A DNA stretch of 64,000 bases from Cyanobacteriota bacterium (GCA_046045965.1 JBJOKS010000016.1:32001-96000), one strand, 5' to 3'. Shown: positions 21,056 to 31,247, counted from the first letter of the stretch. Notes: a model not told the origin generated them from the letters alone. A program made the numbers and translations.

Positions 21056-23026
21056 TTATATAAACACTTCTTCAACTCTAAGCTGGCGTTTAATTTCCAA
21101 ACTTTTGAGATATTCTATTGGTTCGGAAGGGTTAAATATTTTGCCATCAAATAGTTGAATGGTTTCTTCTCTACCAATATCTAAAATTCCCATTTCTCTG
21201 GCTGCTTCACCGAATATATCTGGGCGGCAAACTTTGTCAATTATTTCTATCCAGTTTTTGGGAAAAGCTACTAAACCCCATCGGGCTAATTGGGTTAGTA
21301 TCCATAGCATTTCGTTACGGTCGGGATAGTTGGCTTTGTTGAAATAAAATTGATGGGAAGTTTGAGTTTTTTGGTGATTATTTTCTGAAGAATTTTCTAT
21401 TAAATTTGTATGCAATTTGGTATGTAAATAGGGAGAAGTTAATGCGAGAACTGCTTTCTGGTTGCGAATATCATCACAGTATTCACAAGCTGCTAATAGG
21501 GCTTTTACTAATGCTAAATGTGTTTGTGGATTTTCTCGCGCCCAGTCTTCTCTTACTCCTAATACTTTATCAGGGTGTCCATGCCAAATTGCTGATGTAA
21601 TCTCAATAATAGAACCTAAATTTTGCTCAACTGCTTGTGTGTTCCAAGGTTCTCCTACACAATAACCATCAATTTTTTGATCTTGAAGGGCTGTGATCAT
21701 TTCTTCTGGTGCAATTGTGATTAAACTGACATCTATATCAGGTTCAATTCCATTTGCTGCTAACCAATAACGCAATAATAAGTTCTGCATTGATGCAGGA
21801 TGAACTATGCCTAATGTGTGGGTTTTGTCTAGGTCTGCGTTAATGGTTTTGTGAAATTCTGTGAGGTTTTTAACTCCATGATCAAATAGTTCTTTGCTGA
21901 ATGTAATGGCACTACCATTACGCGAAAGTGTCATTGCTGTAACTATGGAAATGGGTGTTTTACTACCTGCACCTAATGTCATTGCTAGGGGCATTCCTGC
22001 CACCATTTGGGCAGCATCAAATTTATTTGTGGCTATACCTTTGGCGATGTTATTCCAGTTATTTTCCGGGTGAAGATTGACTGTTAAACCGTATTCGGCA
22101 AAAAACCCTTTTTCTTGGGCAATTATTAAAGGTGCTGCTTGAGTGACGGGAAGATAACCAATTTCTAATTGAGTTTTTTCTAATGTTATTTCTAAGTTAT
22201 TCTGAGAAATGATTGCAGGTTTTGTGGGTTGTTTTTGGCGTTTTTTCGCTTCTTTTTGTTGGTTGAGGAAGTAGATCATTTCGTTCCGCAAGTTGTAATA
22301 ACTTGGATGGTTAACTACTTCTAACCGTTGACGGGGACGGGGAATAGGAACTTCTAAAATTTGTCCAATGTGTGCTTCTGGTCCATTGGTTAACATGACA
22401 ATGCGATCGCTTAATAATAAAGCCTCATCTACATCATGTGTCACCATTACACAAGTTATTTGATGTTCATTACAAATTTGCATTAATTGTTCTTGTAAAT
22501 TACCTCTGGTTAACGCATCTAACGCACCAAAAGGTTCATCTAACAATAACAATTTCGGACGAGTAGCTAAAGCACGGGCGATCGCCACTCTTTGTTTCAT
22601 TCCTCCAGATAATTCACTAGGACGTTTATTAGTTGCACGTCGTAAACCCACCAGATCAATATGTTCTTCTATTATTCCTCGACGTTCTCCTTGAGGTAAA
22701 TTTTGATGTACTTCATCAACAGCTAAAGCAATATTTTCTCTTACTGTTAACCAAGGAAGTAAAGAATAATTTTGAAAAACCACCATCCGATCTGGTCCAG
22801 GTTCTCTAACTTCTCTACCTTCCAAAGTCACCCCACCAATACTAGCGCGATCTAAACCGGCGATAATATTAAGTAAAGTGGACTTTCCACAACCAGAATG
22901 ACCAATTAAAGAAATAAATTCACCCTGGCGAATTTTCAACTCAATATTTTTTAAAGCGATATATTTACCACCATTAGGGAGGTTAAATATTTTGTCCAAG
23001 TGGTCAATTTCTACAAAAGTCTTCAT
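21056..23026 (-). CDS. nrtC: Nitrate/nitrite ABC transporter ATPase NrtC with NrtA-like regulatory domain
   Basis: N-terminal ABC domain plus C-terminal substrate-binding-like domain (GYCVGEPWN). Confidence 0.94.
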   Translation of the reverse strand: MKTFVEIDHLDKIFNLPNGGKYIALKNIELKIRQGEFISLIGHSGCGKSTLLNIIAGLDRASIGGVTLEGREVREPGPDRMVVFQNYSLLPWLTVRENIALAVDEVHQNLPQGERRGIIEEHIDLVGLRRATNKRPSELSGGMKQRVAIARALATRPKLLLLDEPFGALDALTRGNLQEQLMQICNEHQITCVMVTHDVDEALLLSDRIVMLTNGPEAHIGQILEVPIPRPRQRLEVVNHPSYYNLRNEMIYFLNQQKEAKKRQKQPTKPAIISQNNLEITLEKTQLEIGYLPVTQAAPLIIAQEKGFFAEYGLTVNLHPENNWNNIAKGIATNKFDAAQMVAGMPLAMTLGAGSKTPISIVTAMTLSRNGSAITFSKELFDHGVKNLTEFHKTINADLDKTHTLGIVHPASMQNLLLRYWLAANGIEPDIDVSLITIAPEEMITALQDQKIDGYCVGEPWNTQAVEQNLGSIIEITSAIWHGHPDKVLGVREDWARENPQTHLALVKALLAACEYCDDIRNQKAVLALTSPYLHTKLHTNLIENSSENNHQKTQTSHQFYFNKANYPDRNEMLWILTQLARWGLVAFPKNWIEIIDKVCRPDIFGEAAREMGILDIGREETIQLFDGKIFNPSEPIEYLKSLEIKRQLRVEEVFI

Positions 23027-23056
23027 AGGGAATAGGGAATAATTACGAATTACAAA

Positions 23057-23899
23057 TTATTTATGTTCTGTTTTGACAACTTTGTCAGCAGCAAAAGCCA
23101 CCATTCTATCTAACATCAGACCTACCAAACCAACATAAACTAACGCAATAATAATCTCACTCAAATTAGTTTCTGTGGTCGTATTGTAAGCATCCCAAAT
23201 AAACGAACCAATACCCACACCACCAACTAACATTTCTGCGGCGACAATTGCTAACCAAGATAAACCGATACCAATTCTTAAACCTGTGAAAATATAAGGA
23301 ACAGTTGCCGGAAAAACAATTTTCAAGAAATATTTACCCTTACGTAAACGCAAAACACGGGCAACATTTACATAATCTTGGGGAATATTTTGTACACCCA
23401 CAGTTGTATTAATTAAAATCGGCCAAATTGAAGTAATGAAAATTACGAAAATTGCTGAAGGGTTGGCTTGTTGAAAAGCAGCGAGAGAAATAGGCAACCA
23501 AGCAAGGGGGGGAATAGTTCTTAATACTTGAAAAATGGGATCTACAGCATTATATAAAAACTTATTCACCCCAATAAATATTCCTAAAACTACCCCAACA
23601 ACTGCTGCTAAAGAAAAACCTAAAGCCACCCTACCTAAACTGGTTAAAATTTGCCAACCCAAACCTTTATCACTTTCACCATTATCAAAAAACGGATGAA
23701 TAATGAACGGGTCCCAAGTTTCAGAAAATGTTTCAATTGGTCCGGGTAATTGAAAACTAGGAATTAAACAAAGTAATTCCCACAACACCAAAAAAATAAA
23801 TAAACCAAATAGTGGCGGTACTATTTTATTTACTAAAAACTTATTAATTGCCTTCTGCTGTTTACTACTAACTCTACGACTGCCAACACTAATAGCCAT
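23057..23899 (-). CDS. nrtB: Nitrate/nitrite ABC transporter permease
   Basis: DKGLGWQILTSLGRV, PPLAWLP, GLRIGIGLSWLAIVAAEM. Confidence 0.94.
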   Translation of the reverse strand: MAISVGSRRVSSKQQKAINKFLVNKIVPPLFGLFIFLVLWELLCLIPSFQLPGPIETFSETWDPFIIHPFFDNGESDKGLGWQILTSLGRVALGFSLAAVVGVVLGIFIGVNKFLYNAVDPIFQVLRTIPPLAWLPISLAAFQQANPSAIFVIFITSIWPILINTTVGVQNIPQDYVNVARVLRLRKGKYFLKIVFPATVPYIFTGLRIGIGLSWLAIVAAEMLVGGVGIGSFIWDAYNTTTETNLSEIIIALVYVGLVGLMLDRMVAFAADKVVKTEHK

Positions 23900-23928
23900 T
23901 TTTTACTCCTACATTCATAAAATATTCA

Positions 23929-24011
23929 GTAGGTTGGGTTAAGCGATAGCGCAACCCAACAAATTCTGCAACAAATTCTTCAAAATGTTGGGTTTGATCA
24001 ACCCAACCTAC
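23929..24011. repeat. REP doublet (REPIN-like) between nrtA and nrtB
   Basis: GTAGGTTGGGTT...CAACCCAAC followed by the inverted copy TGTTGGGTT...AACCCAACCTAC. Confidence 0.7.
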
Positions 24012-24013
24012 TA

Positions 24014-25336
24014 TTAAACTTTTTTAATTTGCAAACTCTTTAAATATTCCTCTGGTTTTTCTGGATCAAATTTCACACCATCAAAAAATGTTTCCACACC
24101 ACGAGAAGAACTACTAGGAATTTCCGCAGCAGCTACACCTAAAGCCTTAGCTGCTTGTTTCCATAAATCTTCTCTATTTACCTGATCAACAACTTCTTTA
24201 ATTTTCGTATCTTTAGGTAAATAACCCCAGCGAATTTCTTCAGTTAAGAACCAAGTATCATGACTCTTATAGGGATAAGAAGCATTATCAGCCCAATACT
24301 TCATCCGATAGGCAAAGTTTTCTTCTTTGCGTCCATCACCATAATCAATATTACCTTTAGAACGTTCTAAAATGTCAGCAACAGCCACATTAAAGTATTT
24401 TCTATCAGCACAAATTTTACACATTTCCTCTTTATTTTCTGGCTGATCACACCATTGTTGTGCTTCCATAATTGCCATTAATAATGCTTGTGTAGAATTG
24501 GGATTTTTATCAACCCAATCTTTCCGCATCGCAAAGGCTTTTTCTGGATGATTATTCCATAATTCACCTGTTGTTAAAGCAGTATAACCTAATTTTTGGG
24601 TAACTAATTGAGCGTTCCAAGGTTCACCAACACAGAAAGCATCTACAGTTCCTACTTTCATATTAGCTACCATTTGTGGTGGTGGAACTGCCTCCAAAAT
24701 TACATCTTGATCTGGATTAATACCACCAGCAGCTAACCAATAACGCATCCATAAATCATGAGTACCACCGGGAAAAGTCATTGCAACTTTGATGGATTTT
24801 TTATCAGCTTTGGCTTTATTTGCTGCGTCTTTTAAAGATTTACTTTGTACGCCGATTTTTAAATCTTTGAATTTTTCTGCCACAGAAATAGCTTGACCAT
24901 TGGTATTTAATCTGGCTAATAAATACATTGGTACTTTATCATTGATGGTCAATAAATAAGGCATGGGGCTAAGAATATGTGCGCCATCAATACCACCACC
25001 AGATGAGCCAATTTTCAGGTTATCACGGGTAACAGCCCAGGATTTTTGTTTGCTGACTTCTACATCAGTCATGCCATATTTAGCAAAGAAACCTTTTTCT
25101 TTGGCAATAATTAAAGGTGCAGCATCAGTTAAGGCAATAAATCCTAATTTGGCTTTTGTTATTTCTACTTTTGGGGCATTACTAACTGTGGAATTGTTAG
25201 CAAGTTGGGCAGTTGAAGCAGCAGTATTTGTTGTTGCTGACTGAGAGTTATTAGATGAACAACCGTGCGCTATGATGGAAGTTGCTGCTGCTAAACTGGA
25301 GGTAATAATAAATTTTCTGCGGGAAATATTGCTCAT
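24014..25336 (-). CDS. nrtA: Nitrate/nitrite-binding lipoprotein
   Basis: SRRKF twin-Arg and AHGC lipobox; LGFIALTDAAPL, TFPGGTHDLW, CVGEPWN; follows nirA. Confidence 0.94.
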   Translation of the reverse strand: MSNISRRKFIITSSLAAATSIIAHGCSSNNSQSATTNTAASTAQLANNSTVSNAPKVEITKAKLGFIALTDAAPLIIAKEKGFFAKYGMTDVEVSKQKSWAVTRDNLKIGSSGGGIDGAHILSPMPYLLTINDKVPMYLLARLNTNGQAISVAEKFKDLKIGVQSKSLKDAANKAKADKKSIKVAMTFPGGTHDLWMRYWLAAGGINPDQDVILEAVPPPQMVANMKVGTVDAFCVGEPWNAQLVTQKLGYTALTTGELWNNHPEKAFAMRKDWVDKNPNSTQALLMAIMEAQQWCDQPENKEEMCKICADRKYFNVAVADILERSKGNIDYGDGRKEENFAYRMKYWADNASYPYKSHDTWFLTEEIRWGYLPKDTKIKEVVDQVNREDLWKQAAKALGVAAAEIPSSSSRGVETFFDGVKFDPEKPEEYLKSLQIKKV

Positions 25337-25481
25337 TTTCAACTCTTAGTCAGTGTTAATTTGGGTTTGCAGTTATGTTTGAATACTTTTAAGTAACGAA
25401 CCACAGAGGCACAGAGGACACGGAGAATGGAATTTTTACTTAACAGTATTGATTGAGTTTTTTTGATTTTTGGCTGTTTAA

Positions 25482-27032
25482 TTAATGGGAAATTAAGGCT
25501 TCTTCCCGAACTTTTGCACCGAAGTTTTGAATGAGTATTTCTTTTAATATGGGTTGTAAATCTTCACAAGGAACGCTTTTTTGTACACAAGTTCCTAGTT
25601 TAGCATCTTTACCAACTTTCCCCCCCATATAAATATCAACTCCTTCTACTGTTTGTCCGTTTTTTCTAACTTTTGTTCCCATTAAACCAATGTCTGCTAC
25701 TTGGGGTTGTCCGCAGGAATTTGGGCATCCTGTCCAGTGAATACGCACTGGTTTTGATAATATTAATTCCTGTTCTAATGCTTTGGTCATTTGCACTGCG
25801 CGGTTTTTGGTTTCTATTAAAGCAAAGTTACAAAATTGTGCGCCTGTACAAGATACTAATGCTCGCATTAATAAGCCAGGATTTACACCAAATTTATTTA
25901 ACAATGCTTCTGTTAAGAAGGTGTTTAATGCTGAATCGGAAATGTTAGGAATTATGGCGTTTTGTTCTACTGTAAATCTGATTTCTCCACTGCCATAAAC
26001 TTCTGCTAATCTTCCTAATTCAAACATATCATCAGCAGATAATCTACCAACGGGAATGTTTAAACCGACATAATTTAATCCTGGTTGTTTTTGGGGATAA
26101 ATTCCAATATGATCCCGTTTTTCCCAGTCTATTTCGTCTTTTGGTGCGGCAGTTTTAAAGGTTTTTCCCCAGTGTTTTTCTACTTCATTGCGGAATTTTT
26201 CTAAACCCCATTCATCAATTAACCACATTAACCGGGCTTTTTGGCGATTAAGACGTAAACCATGATCTCTGAAAATCTCGACAATGGCTTTACATAAACT
26301 GACAACTTCTTCAGGTTTTACCCATACATTTAAAGGTATTGCTGCTTCACAACGTTTACCGGAGAAAAAACCACCGACTAAAACGTTAAATCCAAATCCT
26401 TCTTTAAATGCTGGGACAAATGCTAAATCATTAATTTCTGCATGAACTGAATTATCTCTACCTCCAGTTACAGCAATGTTAAATTTACGCGGAAGATTGG
26501 TAAATTCTGGGTTTCCTTCTCCGTTGTTAGTCAGCATATCTTGTATTTGCTGTACTAATTCTCTGGTATCATATAACTCATTGGCATCTAACCCGGCTAC
26601 AGGATCACCTGTGATGTTACGGATATTATCCATGCCGGATTGAATGGTAGTTAAACCAACAGTGTTAAATTTATTAAAGATGTCAGGAATATCTGAAAAA
26701 TTGATCCCGCGCAGTTGTATATTTTGTCTAGTGGTGATATCTGCGCTGCCGTCGTCACCGTAACGCTGTATCACTTCTGCTAAAACATACATTTGACTGC
26801 TGGTGAGAATGCCGTTAGGTATCCGCATCCGCATCATGAATTTTCCGGGTGTTACTGGGCGAAAAAACACTCCTAACCATTTTAGGCGATGGTTGAGGTC
26901 GTTTTCGTCCATTGCTTCCCAACCAATTTTGACAAATTCGCTGATTTCGTCTTTTACTGCAAGTCCGTCTTTTTCAGCTTTGAATTTCTCAAATTTATTC
27001 AGTTTTTCGGTGGTAGTTGCTGTTTCTGTCAT
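25482..27032 (-). CDS. nirA: Ferredoxin-nitrite reductase
   Basis: TTRQNIQLRG, NLPRKFN, SCTGAQFC and TGCPNSC siroheme/4Fe-4S motifs. Confidence 0.96.
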   Translation of the reverse strand: MTETATTTEKLNKFEKFKAEKDGLAVKDEISEFVKIGWEAMDENDLNHRLKWLGVFFRPVTPGKFMMRMRIPNGILTSSQMYVLAEVIQRYGDDGSADITTRQNIQLRGINFSDIPDIFNKFNTVGLTTIQSGMDNIRNITGDPVAGLDANELYDTRELVQQIQDMLTNNGEGNPEFTNLPRKFNIAVTGGRDNSVHAEINDLAFVPAFKEGFGFNVLVGGFFSGKRCEAAIPLNVWVKPEEVVSLCKAIVEIFRDHGLRLNRQKARLMWLIDEWGLEKFRNEVEKHWGKTFKTAAPKDEIDWEKRDHIGIYPQKQPGLNYVGLNIPVGRLSADDMFELGRLAEVYGSGEIRFTVEQNAIIPNISDSALNTFLTEALLNKFGVNPGLLMRALVSCTGAQFCNFALIETKNRAVQMTKALEQELILSKPVRIHWTGCPNSCGQPQVADIGLMGTKVRKNGQTVEGVDIYMGGKVGKDAKLGTCVQKSVPCEDLQPILKEILIQNFGAKVREEALISH

Positions 27033-27162
27033 GGTTGTTTTTTTGGGAACAGGACTGAGTTAATTGTTTATCCGTGTTCTTGTTGGTGCTGTTATTTCCA
27101 CCTTTGGAAATACAACTGATGGTAGTTTCCTTGTTGGTGGTTGTAACAATTTCGATATTGCT

Positions 27163-27204
27163 AAGTTAAGGTGAATTTTTATAACAATTCGTATAGCTTG
27201 TTAC
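27163..27204 (-). promoter_or_regulatory. NtcA-activated promoter of the nir operon
   Basis: Minus strand GTAACAAGCTATAC (GTA-N8-TAC, 27204-27191), exactly 22 nt, then -10 TAACTT (TAN3T, 27168-27163). Confidence 0.9.
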
Positions 27205-27219
27205 GAAATTTTTGTAATT

Positions 27220-27256
27220 ATGCAGAAAACGGATATTGTGGTTGCGGTTTTTGCAT
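27220..27256 (-). promoter_or_regulatory. Putative NtcB (LysR) binding sites
   Basis: ATGCAAAAACCGCAA on the minus strand (27256-27242, centre about -93) and ATGCAGAAAACGGAT on the plus strand (27220-27234, about -71); T-N11-A LysR-type palindromes upstream of the NtcA box. Confidence 0.7.
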
Positions 27257-27315
27257 ATCTTATTAGTATTCCTGAGTTTTGGAAAGGGTAAATATTGGAT
27301 TCTCACTAATAATTC

Positions 27316-27344
27316 AACGCAGATGAACGCAGATAAACGCAGAT
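27316..27344. repeat. 10-bp tandem dispersed repeat (AACGCAGAT-N)x3
   Basis: Related triplets near 38650-38680 and inverted near 60255-60285. Confidence 0.6.
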
Positions 27345-27424
27345 ATTTTTTTATTTTTTTGAAATTTGATAAAATAGGAATAAGTGATGATTTCAAGGGA
27401 AATAATTTTAGGTGAGGCTAAACA

Positions 27425-27844
27425 ATGAAAGCTTTTGAAGTAACGGGTAAAATTGATGAAAAAGGTCAATTATTTTTAGATGAACCTTTACACATAGATA
27501 CACCTAGTCAAGTTAAAGTAATTATTCTTGTTGCCGATGAAAATCAAGAACAAAATGAGCATCAGGAAAAAGCAGTTATGAAAAATAGAATTGAGAAAGT
27601 TGTGAATATTTTAATGGAAGAACGTCCTTTATTTAAGGAAGAACTGAATGTAGAGGAACTGGTTCATAATTTATGCACTATTGTTCAGCGCAATTTAACT
27701 AATGAACAGTTTAATAAACTATCCGATGAAAAATTAAAAGAACATTGTAGCTTTGTCATGTCAACACAAATGTTATCAGGTTTATTAGATGATTTGACAC
27801 CTGAGCAAATCGCTATTTTTGATGAAGCTGTGAAAAGGAAATAA
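27425..27844 (+). CDS. Putative antitoxin, possibly a two-part fusion
   Basis: GGTGAGG RBS; ends 4 nt before the PIN toxin; acidic. Confidence 0.6.
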   Translation: MKAFEVTGKIDEKGQLFLDEPLHIDTPSQVKVIILVADENQEQNEHQEKAVMKNRIEKVVNILMEERPLFKEELNVEELVHNLCTIVQRNLTNEQFNKLSDEKLKEHCSFVMSTQMLSGLLDDLTPEQIAIFDEAVKRK

Positions 27845-27848
27845 GGAA

Positions 27849-28262
27849 ATGAATTATTTATTAGATACAAACATTGTTTCTTTTGCAATGAAGAAAAATT
27901 TACAAATTATTCAAAAGTTAGGATCAATGAAATTTCAGGATGCGTCAATTTATATTAGTTGTATTACATATTTTGAAATCAAGAGAGGTTTATTTGCTAT
28001 TAAGTCTCCTAAACAAACAGAAGAATTTAATAAAATCTGTCAAGATTATCAAATCATTTTTTTAGATGATTTAGCAATTGTAGAAAAAGCAGCAGAAATT
28101 CACGCAAATCTCAGGTTACGAGGTTTACCTATTCAAACGGAAGATATTTTAATTGCTGCAACTGCTATTGTTAAGGGTTTTACTGTGGTTTCTAATGATA
28201 GTGATTTGTTGCGGGTTGAAGGTTTAAAGGTTGAGAATTGGTTAGATGATGAAAGTTGTTAA
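27849..28262 (+). CDS. vapC: PIN-domain VapC-family toxin
   Basis: YLLDTNIVS, ITYFEI, EDILIAATA, VSNDSD..VEGLKVENW. Confidence 0.88.
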   Translation: MNYLLDTNIVSFAMKKNLQIIQKLGSMKFQDASIYISCITYFEIKRGLFAIKSPKQTEEFNKICQDYQIIFLDDLAIVEKAAEIHANLRLRGLPIQTEDILIAATAIVKGFTVVSNDSDLLRVEGLKVENWLDDESC

Positions 28263-28722
28263 AAACTATCAATTGATATAATTGCATTGTAATCTTCTAA
28301 TAACAAGTTACATAAAAGCAGACAGGCTCACGTCTCCAAAATAAATAAAGGATTTAATTTCATATTCACACTAACAAAATCCAAGTGAACCCAATCTATC
28401 AAGCTAGACAAATACGCGGAAAAATTTGATACTCTGATTAGGTTTATCGCTGCAAACATCGGATGAGAATACTTGACCGCCTATTGCAAAAACCTATGTA
28501 TAGCTGTACACAAGGCGGTATAGAACTTTTTTGACTATTTTTATGTAGATTTATTGTTACTTTAGAGTAAATTTACAGGAAATTTACAGGGAATTTACAT
28601 AGCTAATTTCTGGCAACTCTCCGTATAAACCTAGATTCATGAAAAAGATGCGCGATCACGCTCATATCTTGCACCTACCTAATAAACTCAGAAATAGCAG
28701 ACATAAATCACAAAATAATCAC

Positions 28723-28881
28723 GGGAGCATCCCAAATGTGTAAATTTATTTTTATCTAGGTAAAAATACTTCAAGGCTTGATATGATTTAACCGCAAAGG
28801 TGGCAAAGGACACAAAGATAAGAGATTTTGAGAGGTTTTTTAGTGTTGCTGCGTTCATTTTTTCAAAAATGGGATGCTCCC
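28723..28881. mobile_element. MITE, about 159 bp
   Basis: Perfect 12-bp terminal inverted repeats GGGAGCATCCCA / TGGGATGCTCCC; non-coding interior. Confidence 0.7.
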
Positions 28882-28927
28882 CTAAATTAAGCTAAAATCA
28901 AATAAATAGTAAAATTCTCACAAGTAT

Positions 28928-29389
28928 ATGGTTACATCAACACAACCCAAAACTCAAACCCTATACGATCAAGATTATTACCTGTGGATAAAAACAACCA
29001 TTAACCAACTTCGCACAGGACAATTTTCTGATGTTGATTTAGAGAACTTATTAGAAGAATTAGAAACTATGGGTAGAAGTCAGAAGCGAACAATTAAAAG
29101 TTTATTAATTAAGCTTCTTGTACATCTACTAAAACTCAAATATTGGGATAATGAAAGAGAAAGAAATCAAGGACATTGGAAAGGTGAAATTAGAACATTT
29201 AGAATCGAAATAAAAGATGAACTCAAAGATAGTCCTAGTTTAAAACCTTACATTTTAGAAATATTTGATGAATGTTATCAAGATGCTAGAAAAGAAGCAT
29301 CAGATCGTTCTCAACTTCCCCTTGATACATTCCCTATTATCCCCATCGGTTCTTTAGAACAAATCCTAGATGAAAACTGGTTTCAGTGA
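28928..29389 (+). CDS. DUF29 family protein
   Basis: LYDQDYYLW..DLENLLEELETMGRS..HLLKLKYW..SPSLK. Confidence 0.88.
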   Translation: MVTSTQPKTQTLYDQDYYLWIKTTINQLRTGQFSDVDLENLLEELETMGRSQKRTIKSLLIKLLVHLLKLKYWDNERERNQGHWKGEIRTFRIEIKDELKDSPSLKPYILEIFDECYQDARKEASDRSQLPLDTFPIIPIGSLEQILDENWFQ

Positions 29390-29587
29390 AGATGGTTAAA
29401 ATGAATGAGTTTTCAAAGATTCTCGAATTTTCTCCCCTGGTAATTACAAATTACTGGGGATTATTTTAAATTTATCCTTAATTATATCACTACAAATTAA
29501 ATTTTTTAATACTCGATAATGACAATATTCAAATTAATGAGTAATAATAAGCAATAGTCAAAAATCAAACCAGAAATTACAGCATCT

Positions 29588-30028
29588 ATGAAACGTCGTG
29601 AATTTTTGAATTGGGTGGGTTTAGGTTTATTAGCAAGTTCTTTACCTATAGCGATCGCAGCTTGTACCACAGACACAACCACAACAGCATCTTCACCTTC
29701 TCAGGGTGCTGCTAAAGACTGGCAAAAAATCGGTACTGTAGCAGAATTAGACAAAACAGGGCAATTATTAGTACAAGATTCTCCAGTGGGTGCAGTATTG
29801 GTAGTTGGTACATCTCGATCTGCAAACAATTTAATTGCTGTTAACCCTACGTGTACTCACAAAGGTTGTACCGTTGCATGGAAAACAGATAAAAATCAAT
29901 TTGTCTGTCCTTGTCATGATGCCAAATTTGCCCGTGATGGTAAAGTCCAGAAAAGTCCAGCCGAAAAACCGCTAAAAACCTACCTGACGAAGATTGAAAG
30001 TGGTTCTGTTTTTGTTAAAACTGCTTAA
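29588..30028 (+). CDS. petC3: Small Rieske 2Fe-2S lipoprotein (PetC3-like)
   Basis: MKRREFL Tat signal, IAAC lipobox, CTHKGC and CPCH Rieske boxes. Confidence 0.75.
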   Translation: MKRREFLNWVGLGLLASSLPIAIAACTTDTTTTASSPSQGAAKDWQKIGTVAELDKTGQLLVQDSPVGAVLVVGTSRSANNLIAVNPTCTHKGCTVAWKTDKNQFVCPCHDAKFARDGKVQKSPAEKPLKTYLTKIESGSVFVKTA

Positions 30029-30133
30029 TACATTCGATGCTTGGTAAAGAAAGTATCAAGATGGCTTTGCTCCTGACTCCTGACTCCTGACTCTTAAATT
30101 CTGCGCTTCTACTGCCAATAAATTCAAAGATTC

Positions 30134-30147
30134 GTATCCAAATGTAC
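30134..30147 (+). promoter_or_regulatory. Putative NtcA box upstream of ntcB
   Basis: GTATCCAAATGTAC = GTA-N8-TAC, ending about 63 nt before the ntcB ATG; no perfect TAN3T at N22. Confidence 0.55.
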
Positions 30148-30210
30148 TAAACTGAGGAGATAAATTCATTTAGGGAATGAAAGCCTTAAATTTAATTCAG
30201 GCTACTTAAA

Positions 30211-31152
30211 ATGCGTCTAGAGCAGTTGCAAGCTTTTTTAGCGATCGCCCAAACTGGCAGTTTTCAACAAGCAGCAAAAAAATGTGGTGTCACCCAATCT
30301 ACAATTAGTAGGCAAATTCAAGCAATAGAAGCAGATTTAGGTATAGAACTGTTTCACAGAACCACCCACGCTAAACTCACATTGGGGGGTGAACGTTTGC
30401 TTCCCCGTGTGCGGAAAATTTGCCAAGAATGGGAATTTGCTACACAAGAATTAGCAGATTTAGTAGCAGGAAAACAACCAGAATTATGTATTGCGGCAAT
30501 TCATTCTATTTGTGCTTCTTACCTACCACAAATTTTACAAAAGTTTTGTCATGATTATCCAGAAGTACAATTAAGAGTAACATCATTAGGAAGCGATCGC
30601 TCTCTCAAAGTCCTAAAAGATGGACTTGTAGATTTAGCAATAGTCATGCACAATCGCTTTTTGATCACTGGTAAAGAAATGGTCGTACAAACATTATATG
30701 ATGAACCTATAGAAGTATTAACAGCAGTAAATCATCCCCTAGCCAAATTTGAATCTATACCCTGGAACGAATTAATCAAATATCCCCAAGTAGTATTTAA
30801 AGATGGCTATGGAATGCAGCGTTTAATTCAAGATAGATTTGATAAACTAGGAGCAAAACTGCAAGCAGCTTTAGAAGTAAACACCTTAGATGCTTTTCGC
30901 GGAGTAGTCAGACAAGGAGAACTAATTGCTTTATTACCTCATTCAGCATTAATAGAAGCCAAATTTGATCCTAGTCTTGCAATTCGTCCTCTAGACAGTA
31001 ATAGTAATTTACCTGATAATTCGAGTTTAACTCGTCGCGTAGTCATGGTAACAACTCAAGACCGTCTCCAAATTCCTCCTATTCAACACTTTTGGCAGCT
31101 AGTAAGTGACAATATTCCTCCACAACTAGACCAAAAACTTTCAGCATCTTAA
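30211..31152 (+). CDS. ntcB: LysR-family nitrate assimilation regulator NtcB
   Basis: MRLEQLQAFLAIAQTGSFQQAA HTH, VTSLGSDRSLKVLKDG, FKDGYGMQR; divergent from nirA. Confidence 0.9.
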   Translation: MRLEQLQAFLAIAQTGSFQQAAKKCGVTQSTISRQIQAIEADLGIELFHRTTHAKLTLGGERLLPRVRKICQEWEFATQELADLVAGKQPELCIAAIHSICASYLPQILQKFCHDYPEVQLRVTSLGSDRSLKVLKDGLVDLAIVMHNRFLITGKEMVVQTLYDEPIEVLTAVNHPLAKFESIPWNELIKYPQVVFKDGYGMQRLIQDRFDKLGAKLQAALEVNTLDAFRGVVRQGELIALLPHSALIEAKFDPSLAIRPLDSNSNLPDNSSLTRRVVMVTTQDRLQIPPIQHFWQLVSDNIPPQLDQKLSAS

Positions 31153-31247
31153 ATAGGGGACTGGGGACTGGGGACTGGTTAATAGTTAGTTTTTCCCAAT
31201 GACTAATGACTAATGACTAATAACTAATAACTAATAACTAATAACTA

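Noticed and set aside
27166..27396. 76-aa ORF upstream of nirA
   Set aside because: Runs across the NtcA/NtcB promoter and a 10-bp repeat (YLRLSAFICV); not a credible gene.
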